Assembly (NCBI GenBank): GCA_041650175.1
Contig: JBAZLS010000003.1
Location: 39,917-71,916 of the forward strand
Source: Minisyncoccota bacterium
GTDB lineage: Bacteria > Patescibacteriota > Minisyncoccia > Minisyncoccales > Minisyncoccaceae
DNA: 32,000 nucleotides
Direction: 5' to 3'
Position 1 is the first letter of the stretch. Each line of letters opens with the position of its first letter. Shown here piece by piece: positions 1-9,261 of the stretch. The notes under the pieces are model-generated. The model ran no database searches, was not told the DNA's origin, and saw only the letters and a program-made list of their open reading frames with translations. Made by a program: the position numbers and the translations under genes.

Positions 1-2306
1 CATTAAGGATTATTCCAAAAATGAAAGGAGCCTATCTTTATGAAAAAGATGGATACGGAATTGGAGAAAATTCTTCAACTCCATTATTTTTTAATGTTGG
101 AACAGATGATTTATCAAAAAATGATTTTGATAATAAAACAAAATCAATAAATATTATTAGCAAAGATTATTCAGAAGACCCATTGCCGATTTCTGAAGAT
201 TCTAATGATACAATTACAGAAGATTATGCAGGAGCAATAATTTTTGAAAATCCTGGGTATAGAGGAAAATGTTTGGCAATAGATTCGAATAATGAATCTC
301 TAACAGGTATTGATAAAGCAATAGGAGAAGTAGACTTAAGCGATAAGATTTCTTCTATTATAGTTTTTAATAAAAAAATACATTCCAAAAAACTTGCAGA
401 TGGAGAAAAAAATTATGTCTATCTTTATGCCGTTCGGGATTGTGGGAAAAATATAAATAAAGATAATCTCGAAATAGGCTTTTTAAATAAGGATAAAAAT
501 CCGACTATCACTATAAAAAATAAAGATATTTTTACATCAAAAATAAATAATTTTTTTAATATCATTACCGCTCTTCCCTATTTTCTGGATAAGGGAATAG
601 CTATTATCGGAGAACAAGTTTTAAACATTATTAATTACGAAAAAAATAATTTCGATAAGATTTTAATTGCAATCAATGATATAAATAAATCTCTTGATAA
701 TAATCCAGCAATAGTTAAAAATCCATTTTGTTTGTCAATTAATACAGTATTTGCAGAAAGTTCTTCTTTTCGAAAATCATATAATTGGGCTAAAGCTCAT
801 GGCAAAAATTGGCTTACATCTTTTAAAAATCAAGGAGGAACAGGTACTTGTTGGGCTCATTCTGCAGTTGGAACATTAGAAGCACAAATCAGACTTTATT
901 ACAACCAGCCAGAATTAGACCTTAATTTTTCCGAACAAATGATGATAGACTGTACCAATGGGGAAGAAAGTGCTTATAGCGGAAACGAATTATATCTTAG
1001 TCCTAATCCTTATAATTCACATCCTGATTGCTATTTTGTTGAAGTAAACGAGGATACGGTTGCAAATAGAGGAATCGCTGACGAAGCTTGTGATCCTTTC
1101 TCTGAAAGAGATACTAAAATGTATACAGGTAAAGATGTTTGTGGAACATCAGTATGTAGTGATTGGGAAGAAAGAGTTTGGAAAAATTCCAGTTATTTAG
1201 GATATGGAAATATATCAGACAATTCTTGTCCTAATAAAACACATAGCATTTCAGAAGAAGGTTTAAAAAAGATGCTTATTACAAAAGGACCATTAGATGT
1301 TGCAGGGGAATACACTTTTTATAGTGGCGGAAGCTACGAAAGAGGCGGACATGCTATGGTTCTGATTGGATACGAAACTGATAGTAGTGGTACTACCACG
1401 TGGATATTTAAAAATAGCTGGGGATCTTCTGGCTCTGGAGTAGCTGGAATGGACTTGACTAAGGATGGAGGATATCTAAAAGTAAGAAGTCTTAATAACT
1501 CTGCTCTTTATAACGCTTCTATTCCTGTCGGGCCATTTACGCCTCCATCAAATAAAGAATATTGGCCAGCAGGATTTGATGGAGAAATAAAATGCACTGA
1601 TGCTGATAATGATGGTTATTGTTTTTGGGGATCATCAGATGAAAAGCCACCTTCTTGCGACGCTTTAACTTGCGAAGAAGAAAAAGACTGTGATGATAGC
1701 GATGCAACTGGGCATATTTTTGATAGTAATTATAATTGTGGAGAAACAACAGATACTTGCACTGATGCTGATAAAGACGGATATTGTTATTGGGAGGGAG
1801 ACACAAAACCACCTTCTTGCGACGCTTTAACTTGCGAAGAAGAAAAAGACTGTGATGATAGTGATGATACTATTAAAAATATATGTTCTGAGCTTCCAAG
1901 TGGTAGTATATCTCCAGCGGAACCTATTCCTGATCCTGAACCAGATCCAGTATATGGTGTAGGGGGGTTGTATGATGTATGCAAAATAGAAATTCCGGAA
2001 TTAGAATCTGAAAGTGAGATTATGAATTTTGAAAAACTAATATCAGAACAATGCGCAGGAAAGTTCTTGAAAACAAAAAGCGGTAAGACTTACGATATAA
2101 TTTCTTTTAAAATTGGCGGTCCGGCAGGAGTAGTTATAAAAGGAAGTAATGGCAATTGTCTTTATTGGGATACTGCGAGCGTGGAAAAAACAGGGTCTTG
2201 CGTTAATGAACTTAGAGGGTCAGATATTTTTAATACAAATATCATAGCCGAAGCATTAGGAAAGACAGTAAAACCGAAAAGCATAATAGTTTTTCCAAAG
2301 GATTAA
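1..2306 (+). CDS. Secreted papain-like (C1 family) cysteine peptidase with an N-terminal beta-gamma-crystallin-like module and C-terminal Asp/Cys-rich repeats; probably 5'-truncated by the window edge
   Basis: ORF 21..2306. The frame stays open back to nt 3 and there is no signal peptide after Met21. Catalytic-type motifs appear in C1 order: QGGTGTCWAHS (Cys codon 849-851), GGHAMVLIGYE, KNSWG. Greek-key-like motif FENPGYRG...ISSIIVF. Residues 3-117 are paralogous to residues 133-216 of the next ORF. Confidence 0.8.
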   Translation, partial: LRIIPKMKGAYLYEKDGYGIGENSSTPLFFNVGTDDLSKNDFDNKTKSINIISKDYSEDPLPISEDSNDTITEDYAGAIIFENPGYRGKCLAIDSNNESLTGIDKAIGEVDLSDKISSIIVFNKKIHSKKLADGEKNYVYLYAVRDCGKNINKDNLEIGFLNKDKNPTITIKNKDIFTSKINNFFNIITALPYFLDKGIAIIGEQVLNIINYEKNNFDKILIAINDINKSLDNNPAIVKNPFCLSINTVFAESSSFRKSYNWAKAHGKNWLTSFKNQGGTGTCWAHSAVGTLEAQIRLYYNQPELDLNFSEQMMIDCTNGEESAYSGNELYLSPNPYNSHPDCYFVEVNEDTVANRGIADEACDPFSERDTKMYTGKDVCGTSVCSDWEERVWKNSSYLGYGNISDNSCPNKTHSISEEGLKKMLITKGPLDVAGEYTFYSGGSYERGGHAMVLIGYETDSSGTTTWIFKNSWGSSGSGVAGMDLTKDGGYLKVRSLNNSALYNASIPVGPFTPPSNKEYWPAGFDGEIKCTDADNDGYCFWGSSDEKPPSCDALTCEEEKDCDDSDATGHIFDSNYNCGETTDTCTDADKDGYCYWEGDTKPPSCDALTCEEEKDCDDSDDTIKNICSELPSGSISPAEPIPDPEPDPVYGVGGLYDVCKIEIPELESESEIMNFEKLISEQCAGKFLKTKSGKTYDIISFKIGGPAGVVIKGSNGNCLYWDTASVEKTGSCVNELRGSDIFNTNIIAEALGKTVKPKSIIVFPKD
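1593..1877 (+). repeat. Two tandem 165-bp (55-aa) Asp/Cys-rich repeats inside the peptidase gene
   Basis: CTDADNDGYCFWG..PPSCDALTCEEEKDCDDSD occurs twice. An exact 53-bp DNA repeat lies at 1647-1699 and 1809-1861. The DxDxDG / DCDDSD pattern resembles calcium-binding thrombospondin-type-3-like motifs. Confidence 0.85.
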
Positions 2307-2307
2307 A

Positions 2308-3354
2308 ATGTTTATAAAAAAGAAAAAAGAATTATTAATATTAGCTATTTTTTATTGTCTGTTTAGTTATGGAGCTGTTTTTGCGCTTGAAGTGACTTTT
2401 CCGAAAATAGGAGAACTAACCTTGAGTAGTGATTCAAATATCCCGAATACGGTCGAATATTTTTATAATGTAGGAATTGCTATTGGAACTCTTGTTGCAG
2501 TAGTTATGATAATAATTTCGGGTATTACGATATTTTTATCAAGAGGAGAGCCAGCCAAAATTAGTGATGCTAAAAAAAGAATGATAGGAGCCATATTCGG
2601 AATAATAATTTTAGGAGGGTCTTATTTAATTATTTATGTTATAAATTCAAAAATTTTTGAAATTCAAGAGCCAGAAGAACGTACTTCAAATTCTGATGAT
2701 ATAAGCGGGGTTTATTTAAAAAAATCTTCAGGAGAATCAATATTACTAACAGTTGCAACTCCAAATTTAACTGCGCAAAATTTTAATGAAAAAGCTACTG
2801 ATTTTGAAATTAAATATCCGTCAGAAAGTGAAATAAAATATGGAGCGATTTTTTTTAGCGGAACTGATTATAAAGGACAATGCTATTATAGCGGTAGTAA
2901 AGGAACTGAGAGTGGAACAGCACCATTCAGTATAAGCTCAGTATATGTATTTAAGACAACTGGAAAAGATGGAACTGCTGTGAAAATAATAAATAATGAT
3001 AACGGTAGCTGTCAGGAGTTAAGTGAAACGAAACATGGATTTTATCCAAAAACAACAGAAATTTCTTCTTATGGGACACCATTTAAACTAGTAAATGAGG
3101 ATGACGGCCATTGGATAGAGACAGGGTCAATTATATTGGATGATAAAACATTAGTGTTAATAGAGACAAGAAATAAAGAAAATTGCACTGAAACAGAGAG
3201 TGAAGATGGAGATGATAGCTCTCCATGCAATTGCCAAGTTATCCGCAAGACTGGAAATGAAACATGCTATCCGCTAAAATATGACTATTCTTATAATCCA
3301 GACAGTGTAGATACGATTAAGCCCGGATATGTATCAGTCTTTCAATTATATTAG
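2308..3354 (+). CDS. Membrane protein: VirB2/TrbC-like (T4SS-pilin-like) two-helix N-terminal domain fused to a beta-gamma-crystallin-like extracellular domain
   Basis: SD AAGGA lies 5 nt before the ATG, and the ATG is 1 nt after the upstream stop. Signal/TM segment, then a helix-GEPAKISDAKK-helix hairpin resembling ORF 12086-12538. FFSGTDYKGQC...SISSVYVF Greek-key motif. Confidence 0.6.
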   Translation: MFIKKKKELLILAIFYCLFSYGAVFALEVTFPKIGELTLSSDSNIPNTVEYFYNVGIAIGTLVAVVMIIISGITIFLSRGEPAKISDAKKRMIGAIFGIIILGGSYLIIYVINSKIFEIQEPEERTSNSDDISGVYLKKSSGESILLTVATPNLTAQNFNEKATDFEIKYPSESEIKYGAIFFSGTDYKGQCYYSGSKGTESGTAPFSISSVYVFKTTGKDGTAVKIINNDNGSCQELSETKHGFYPKTTEISSYGTPFKLVNEDDGHWIETGSIILDDKTLVLIETRNKENCTETESEDGDDSSPCNCQVIRKTGNETCYPLKYDYSYNPDSVDTIKPGYVSVFQLY

Positions 3355-3365
3355 AACAAATCCGC

Positions 3366-4220
3366 CTAGGAGAATTTTAAATAGACTTCAGTAAGTCTTA
3401 TCCAATCTTCTAAAGACAATGTTTCAGCTCTTTGAGCCGTATTCAAACTAGAAGATTCTAATATTTGTTTTATTTTATCTCGCTCCCCTATCTGGGTTAG
3501 ATTTTTTAATAGTTGCTTTCGTGGAGATGAAAAACCTGTTTTGAGCAATTTAAAAAAAGTTTCAGTAAATTGCTTATTATATAGATTTTTTTTGGGAATA
3601 AAAGAAATAACAGCGCTATCAATTTTTGGTTTTGGATGGAAGCAATTTTTGGAAACAAAAAAAGCTATTTTTGGACTTGCATAATAATTAATACTGATTG
3701 AAAGCAAGGAATTAATGTTTTTACTACAAATTCTTTCCGCAACTTCTTTTTGGATCATTAAAGTTATTGATTCTGGAGTTTTTTCATTTTCCAAAAGTAA
3801 GCGAATCAAATGAGATGTCAAATAATATGGAATATTAGCAACAACCTTATACTTTTTGGGTAATTTGTGAAATAATTCGCTATTTGGATTTTTCAGTTCT
3901 TTTATAGCATCGCCAACGATTATGTCTACATTATTTATTCCCTTTTTATCAAGAGAGTTACTAAGCCAATTGGCTACCTTGCGATCCATTTCGATTGCTA
4001 TTAATTTTTTAGAGTTTGTGGCAAGGATTTCAGTGATCGTTCCAAGGCCAGGTCCTATTTCCAAAATAACATCTCTTTTGTTTATTTTGCTTGCTTCTGC
4101 TATTTTTTTAATAATATTTACGTCATGGAGAAAGTTCTGGCCAAGGCTTTTTTTAGCTGAAAATCCTGCTATTTCGAGAGTTTTTTTAATGTTTCCGTTT
4201 GGGGAGAACTCAATTGACAT
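3366..4220 (-). CDS. rsmA: 16S rRNA (adenine1518/1519-N6)-dimethyltransferase RsmA/KsgA
   Basis: KKSLGQNFL, SAM-binding EIGPGLGTITE, NIPYYLTS motifs; typical 284 aa length. Confidence 0.9.
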   Translation of the reverse strand: MSIEFSPNGNIKKTLEIAGFSAKKSLGQNFLHDVNIIKKIAEASKINKRDVILEIGPGLGTITEILATNSKKLIAIEMDRKVANWLSNSLDKKGINNVDIIVGDAIKELKNPNSELFHKLPKKYKVVANIPYYLTSHLIRLLLENEKTPESITLMIQKEVAERICSKNINSLLSISINYYASPKIAFFVSKNCFHPKPKIDSAVISFIPKKNLYNKQFTETFFKLLKTGFSSPRKQLLKNLTQIGERDKIKQILESSSLNTAQRAETLSLEDWIRLTEVYLKFS

Positions 4221-4300
4221 AGGGAGTAAAAAGATTAAAATAATACTATATACAGATATTGGAATAGAAACTATTAAATTTCAAGGGTTTATTTACGAGA

Positions 4301-5452
4301 ATGAACAAAAAATTATCTTTGGGCAATTATAGTATTAAGGAAAATAAAATAATCAGATTTGCAAAGACCCCAAAAGGTCGTTTTTTTGCTGTAATCCTAT
4401 GTTTTGTCTTTTTTCTAGCTGTGAGTATTAATCCTTTTGAAAAAAACAAAAATAGTAATGTTTGGGCGGATCAAGTATCTGAATTTATTAATCTTGATCA
4501 GGGATTGCTTCCAGCCAGTGGAACAATATTGGTGAATGATAATGGAGTTGCTTCTCCAATCAGCTCTCCCCTATTTGTCTCGTCAGAGAACTTGGCAACT
4601 TTGATGCAGGAAGATACTAATAGTAATCAGCAAAATGATAATTCTATTATCAAATATACGGTACAAAAAGGTGAAACGATTTCTGAGATTGCTGAAAAGT
4701 TCAGCATTTCTACTGAAACCATATTGCTTGCCAATGAACTTTCAAGTATGAAAATTAAAGAAGGGCAAGAATTGATAATTCTACCAATAAGCGGAATAAT
4801 GCATATGGTAGAAAAAGGCGAAACAATAGAGTCCATCGCCAAGCAATATGGTTCTGACTCGGAAAGAATAGCAGAGTTTAACAATTTAAACGATAAAAAA
4901 GAGGTTTATTTAGGAGATTTATTGATTATTCCAGATGGAAAACCAATTAAAACTTCTCCTATCGTTGCAGGCGGCAAAAAACAAGAAATCGACGAAGATT
5001 ATATTCCTTCTGTAGCCGAAAATATTCCTCAAATAGATTCCGTATTTATTATACCGACTAAAGGTCTTTTGACTCAGGGGGCTCATTATTCATATACTAG
5101 CGGAAGGAAGAACTATTATACAGCTGTTGATATTGCTAATGATGTCGGAACTCCCGTTGTCGCCGCTGCCGCTGGGACAATCCAGATTGTTAAGAAGGTA
5201 TGGCCATATGGAAATTATATTACAATCCTTCATGATAGCGGAGCAACAACTCTTTATGCGCATTTAAGTGCTTTTGCTGAAGGCGTACTTCCTGGGCAAA
5301 GAGTCTCACAGGGGCAGATGATTGGATATATGGGAAATACTGGACACATCGTTACTTTCAGGGGAGGAAATGGAAGTCATCTTCATTTCGAAGTCAGAGG
5401 GGCACCAAATCCTCTAGCTAGGAAGGCTACTGGAACAAAAATCAGTTATTAA
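4301..5452 (+). CDS. Membrane-anchored LysM (x2) + M23 family metallopeptidase (peptidoglycan hydrolase)
   Basis: N-terminal TM segment. Two LysM repeats (YTVQKGETISEIAEKF.., HMVEKGETIESIAKQY..). M23 motifs DIANDVGTPVVAAAAG, YAHLS, GNTGH, HLHFEV. Confidence 0.9.
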   Translation: MNKKLSLGNYSIKENKIIRFAKTPKGRFFAVILCFVFFLAVSINPFEKNKNSNVWADQVSEFINLDQGLLPASGTILVNDNGVASPISSPLFVSSENLATLMQEDTNSNQQNDNSIIKYTVQKGETISEIAEKFSISTETILLANELSSMKIKEGQELIILPISGIMHMVEKGETIESIAKQYGSDSERIAEFNNLNDKKEVYLGDLLIIPDGKPIKTSPIVAGGKKQEIDEDYIPSVAENIPQIDSVFIIPTKGLLTQGAHYSYTSGRKNYYTAVDIANDVGTPVVAAAAGTIQIVKKVWPYGNYITILHDSGATTLYAHLSAFAEGVLPGQRVSQGQMIGYMGNTGHIVTFRGGNGSHLHFEVRGAPNPLARKATGTKISY

Positions 5453-5456
5453 ATCA

Positions 5457-5484
5457 ATAGAGGCTTAAACCTCTATTTTTATTT
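5457..5484 (+). terminator. Rho-independent terminator after the M23 peptidase gene, between convergent genes
   Basis: Stem ATAGAGG / CCTCTAT (5457-5463 / 5470-5476), loop CTTAAA, then TTTTATTT. Confidence 0.6.
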
Positions 5485-5488
5485 GTAT

Positions 5489-7000
5489 TTAATTTTGTTT
5501 ACGATAAGCAATAGCTTCAGATATATGAGAAAAAAGAATTTTCTCGCTTTTATCTAAGTCAGCGATCGTTCGAGCTACTTTTAATAGTCTATGATAACCT
5601 CTAGGAGAAAGTTTTCCAGAATCAACCGCAAGTTTAAGAATCTCAGCTGAATCTTTTTCAAAAGAACAATATTTTTTTATTTTTTCAATATTCATTTCTG
5701 AATTCAAACTGATTCCCTGCCCTAAAAATCTTTTAGATTGTATTATCCTTGCATTGGCAATATTTGTTTTTATTTTTTCTGCTTCTTCGTAATTATTTTC
5801 CGCATTTAACTTATCAAATTTTATTCTAGGTACTGTAATAGACATATCTATCCTGTCGATAATTGGCCCCGATAATTTTCTCCTATACATTTGGATCTGC
5901 GAACTATTACACATGCAGTCTTTTTCAGAGTCTCCATAAAATCCGCAAGGACAAGGATTTGCTGCAATAACAAAAGAAAATTTTGCAGGTAAAGATATCC
6001 AGTTTTTGCTTCGAAGAATTGTTATCTCTCCTTCTTCTAATGGCTGTCTTAATCCTTCAAGTATATTGCGATGGAATTCTGGAAACTCATCTAAAAAAAG
6101 TATCCCTCTATGGGCTAAAGTTATTTCTCCTGGTCTAAGTGGATTTCCTCCTCCAAGAATTGCAGCTTCGGAAGATGTATGATGAGGAGACCTAAAAGGC
6201 GGAGTTGATATCAATGGATAATTTTCTTCTAATGACCCAAGAAGACTATATATTTTTGTAACTTCAAGAGATTCGTCTTCGTTTAGCTGTGGCAATAGAC
6301 TAGCCATAGCTTTTGCAAGCATTGTTTTTCCTGTTCCCGGAGGCCCTTCCATTATTAAGTTGTGTCCGCCAGCTGCCGCAATTTCAAGCGCCCTTTTGGC
6401 ATATTCCTGTCCTTGTATCCAGACAAGTTCATTAGGAATTTCTAGCTCAGTTTTTATTATTTTCGTTTCTGCATTTATGTTTATTCTTCCTTCAAGATAA
6501 GCTAAGCAATCCGTAAGATTTTTTATTCCGATAACTTTTATTCCAGAGACAAGAGCTGCTTCACGAGCATTTTCTTTTGGCAATATTAATTCTTTAAATC
6601 CATTTTCTTTTGCTTTGATTGCGATTATAAGGGCTCCCCTAGCCTTCCTAATGTCTCCATTGAGAGATAACTCTCCTATGATAAGCTTATCTTCTGGATC
6701 AAAGCGTGCTTGTTTGGATCCAATCAAATATGACAAAGCAATCGGAAGATCAAGAATAGCTCCTTCTTTTTTTGTATCAGCCGGAGCAAGATTGATAATT
6801 ATTTTTAAATTTTCGCTTGAAGGTTTTTTGAGAAAACTATTTTTAATTGCTGAATCAATCCTTTCTTTTGCTTCTTCAATTGATTTTGAGGCAAGTCCAA
6901 CAATACTGAAAGAACGCAATCCTTTGGTGCATTCGGATTCGACTTCGATGATTTGGGATTGCAATCCAAATATATTTGCTGAAAATATTTTAGAGGACAT
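5489..7000 (-). CDS. comM: YifB/ComM family Mg-chelatase-like AAA+ ATPase
   Basis: N-terminal Lon-protease-like domain. Walker A GPPGTGKTM, Walker B ILFLDEFPEF. CPCG..C.C zinc motif and C-terminal helical domain typical of YifB/ComM. Confidence 0.9.
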   Translation of the reverse strand: MSSKIFSANIFGLQSQIIEVESECTKGLRSFSIVGLASKSIEEAKERIDSAIKNSFLKKPSSENLKIIINLAPADTKKEGAILDLPIALSYLIGSKQARFDPEDKLIIGELSLNGDIRKARGALIIAIKAKENGFKELILPKENAREAALVSGIKVIGIKNLTDCLAYLEGRININAETKIIKTELEIPNELVWIQGQEYAKRALEIAAAGGHNLIMEGPPGTGKTMLAKAMASLLPQLNEDESLEVTKIYSLLGSLEENYPLISTPPFRSPHHTSSEAAILGGGNPLRPGEITLAHRGILFLDEFPEFHRNILEGLRQPLEEGEITILRSKNWISLPAKFSFVIAANPCPCGFYGDSEKDCMCNSSQIQMYRRKLSGPIIDRIDMSITVPRIKFDKLNAENNYEEAEKIKTNIANARIIQSKRFLGQGISLNSEMNIEKIKKYCSFEKDSAEILKLAVDSGKLSPRGYHRLLKVARTIADLDKSEKILFSHISEAIAYRKQN

Positions 7001-7054
7001 GAGATTAGATTGATAAATATATTAATTTAATCTGCTGAATTTATTGTTCGCAAT

Positions 7055-7086
7055 AAAAAGAGTCCGCTGTAGCGGACTCTTTTTTG
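7055..7086 (-). terminator. Rho-independent terminator downstream of the DksA/TraR-like gene
   Basis: Stem AGAGTCCGC / GCGGACTCT (7059-7067 / 7072-7080), flanked by an A-run and a T-run, so it could work in both directions. Confidence 0.7.
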
Positions 7087-7098
7087 ATCTCTTATTTA

Positions 7099-7455
7099 TT
7101 ATACTTTATGTTTAGTGCAAGTTTTTGCTTCAGGGATAGCTTTTAGCCTTTCTTCTTCTATTTCTATTCCGCAAACTTCGCATTTTCCATAGTTATTTTT
7201 TTCAATTTTTTCAAGAGCTGTATTCACATCTTTTAACGTTAATTCTAAAGCATGCTCGACTGGCAAGAGATTTTCATATTCTTCCACTTCATCTTCTTCG
7301 CATTCAATATCATCGCAATTCTCTCCAGCTGGAAATCTTGTATTCCAATCATTCCCTACTTTATTCTTTGTAGCAAATGACTCTAATTCTTTTTCTAGAT
7401 TAAGTTTATTTTGTTTTAATTTTTGTTTTAGCTCTTTTAATAATTCTGGATTCAT
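7099..7455 (-). CDS. DksA/TraR-family C4-type zinc-finger protein
   Basis: Coiled-coil N-terminus, acidic middle, C-terminal CEVCGIEIEEERLKAIPEAKTCTKH (CxxC-17-CxxH) zinc-finger signature. Confidence 0.75.
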   Translation of the reverse strand: MNPELLKELKQKLKQNKLNLEKELESFATKNKVGNDWNTRFPAGENCDDIECEEDEVEEYENLLPVEHALELTLKDVNTALEKIEKNNYGKCEVCGIEIEEERLKAIPEAKTCTKHKV

Positions 7456-7472
7456 ACGGTTTTCTTATTATT

Positions 7473-9242
7473 TTATTCTTTTTCTTGAGCGTCTTCTTCT
7501 ATCTCTTCTTTTGTATTTTCACTGTTTTTTACCCTATCAGAAATTTGAGAAATTTGAATTTTTATATTTTGTTCTTTTTTCTCGTTAATATCGGATATTT
7601 TGTCTCGGAAAGTTTTTATTTCTCCAGATATTAATTGATATCGTTCCTTAAGATTTTCTCTTTCTTTTTCAGCCTTAGAGAGAGAATCTTCTATTTTCCA
7701 TCTTTCTGTTTCTACGTCTCTTCGAGCCCTTTCAGCAGATTTTCGTTGTTGCTCAAGCGTTCTGACTTCATTTTCTGTTCCAGCAGCATCGGTTCTTTTT
7801 TCTAATATTCTAATTTCTTCTTCTGATAATTTTTCCCTGTTTCTAATCTCTAAAAGTTTTCTATCTAATTCATTTTTTAATTTTGTATTTTCAAACATCT
7901 TATCTTTAATCGCAAAAGCCTCGGTCTCAATTTTTTCAAGATCTGTTTGAATGGTTCTTTTTTGTTGTTCAAGTAAAATATCTTCCCTATCTCTGCGAAG
8001 TATTTCTAATTCTAAATTAAGCTCTCTTTCTTTAGAGACTATTTTTTCAAAATTATATGTGCATTCGTTTAATTGGGCTTTCAAAGATTTTATTTCATCT
8101 TCTTTTTCTTCTTGTTCAAGCACAACATCATTTCTTTGATCTTCAATTTTCCATCTCTCCTTTTCAAATGTTCTCTTTTCGTCAACGCTTTGAGAAGCAT
8201 TTTCTTGATCTTCAATCGTCTTTTTAACTTTTTCAATCCTTTCTTTTCTTTCAAGAATAAGATCAAGTTTTTTTTCAGCTCTTTCTATTTCTAATTCAAT
8301 TTCTTTTTTTCTTTGTTCAAAAGGAATTTTTTCTTCAAGGACATTGCTAATCGCTTCTTCTGTATCAAAAGTAGCATTAGTGATTCTTCTAAGTTTTTCT
8401 TCATCAGTTTCTTCTTTCTTTTTTTTCAATTCTATTAAACTTTTTTCAGCCTCTAACGCAAGTTTTATTTTTTCTCTTTCTCTTTCTTTCTCTGAAATTT
8501 TCTTGCCCTCGTTTTCTCTTTCTCTTGCTTTTTCTGCAAACGAATCAAGCTCAGCCTGTTTGGTAAGCTGTTCAACAGATGGCATTTCAGGAATAATTAT
8601 TTCTGATTTTTGTTTTATAGCTTTTTCTTTTACTTGCCTGTTTGCAACTGCATCTGCAATATTAGTAATTTCTAATGAGTCTTTAAGTTTTTCAGCTGAC
8701 TCTTTCTCTAATTTTTCTTTTTCTAATTTTTCTTTCTCCAGTTTCTCTTTCTCTAATTTTTCTTTTTCTAATTTTTCTTTCTCCAGTCTTTCTTTCTCTA
8801 GTTTCTCTTTTTCTAATTTTTCTTTCTCCAATCTTTCTTTCTTAGCTATTTCTGACAAAGTTTTCTCCAATCTTTCTTTCTCCAATCTTTCTTTCTCTAA
8901 TTTCTCTTTTTCTTTAGCTTGAGCAAATTTTTCGTGTGCTATTTTTGAGATTCTATCTTTTTCTTCACGGCTAAGTTCATCTTTTACAATAGGACTAGGC
9001 TTTTTAGGAACACTTGATGTAATTGCAATTGTATTGAATGTTGGAATTGCATTTCCTCTGTTTGTTGAATTAAAAGAATCACCCAAGTTCGTTTTTGGCT
9101 TTTGTATCTGGAATGGAGTTACTGTTAAAGGTTCAATTTTTTTCAAAAAATTTGGATTCTCCAATGATTTTTTTTCTGCTTGAGCCAAATCCTTTTTCAT
9201 TGTTCGGATTTGACTTTTTTCTATTCTAAGGTTTTCCTCCAT
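7473..9242 (-). CDS. Lys/Glu-rich coiled-coil protein of unknown function with a pentapeptide (KLEKE) repeat tract
   Basis: Uninterrupted 589-aa ORF with strongly biased K/E/L heptad-like composition. No recognisable catalytic motif. Confidence 0.7.
   Translation of the reverse strand: MEENLRIEKSQIRTMKKDLAQAEKKSLENPNFLKKIEPLTVTPFQIQKPKTNLGDSFNSTNRGNAIPTFNTIAITSSVPKKPSPIVKDELSREEKDRISKIAHEKFAQAKEKEKLEKERLEKERLEKTLSEIAKKERLEKEKLEKEKLEKERLEKEKLEKEKLEKEKLEKEKLEKEKLEKESAEKLKDSLEITNIADAVANRQVKEKAIKQKSEIIIPEMPSVEQLTKQAELDSFAEKARERENEGKKISEKEREREKIKLALEAEKSLIELKKKKEETDEEKLRRITNATFDTEEAISNVLEEKIPFEQRKKEIELEIERAEKKLDLILERKERIEKVKKTIEDQENASQSVDEKRTFEKERWKIEDQRNDVVLEQEEKEDEIKSLKAQLNECTYNFEKIVSKERELNLELEILRRDREDILLEQQKRTIQTDLEKIETEAFAIKDKMFENTKLKNELDRKLLEIRNREKLSEEEIRILEKRTDAAGTENEVRTLEQQRKSAERARRDVETERWKIEDSLSKAEKERENLKERYQLISGEIKTFRDKISDINEKKEQNIKIQISQISDRVKNSENTKEEIEEDAQEKE
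8690..8925 (-). repeat. 15-bp tandem repeat tract encoding (E/R)KLEKE units
   Basis: Plus strand reads ttctctaatttttct / ttctccagtttctct variants repeated about 14 times. The protein reads EKLEKERLEKEKLEKEKLEK. Confidence 0.85.
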
Positions 9243-9261
9243 AGAAGATAAGAGTATTTAA

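Noticed and set aside
7951-8922. Plus-strand ORFs 7951-8139, 8073-8294 and 8344-8922 (SFSNFSFSSFSF...)
   Set aside because: They are antisense read-through of the low-complexity coiled-coil gene. Their Ser/Phe-repeat composition is the complement of the Lys/Glu codons.
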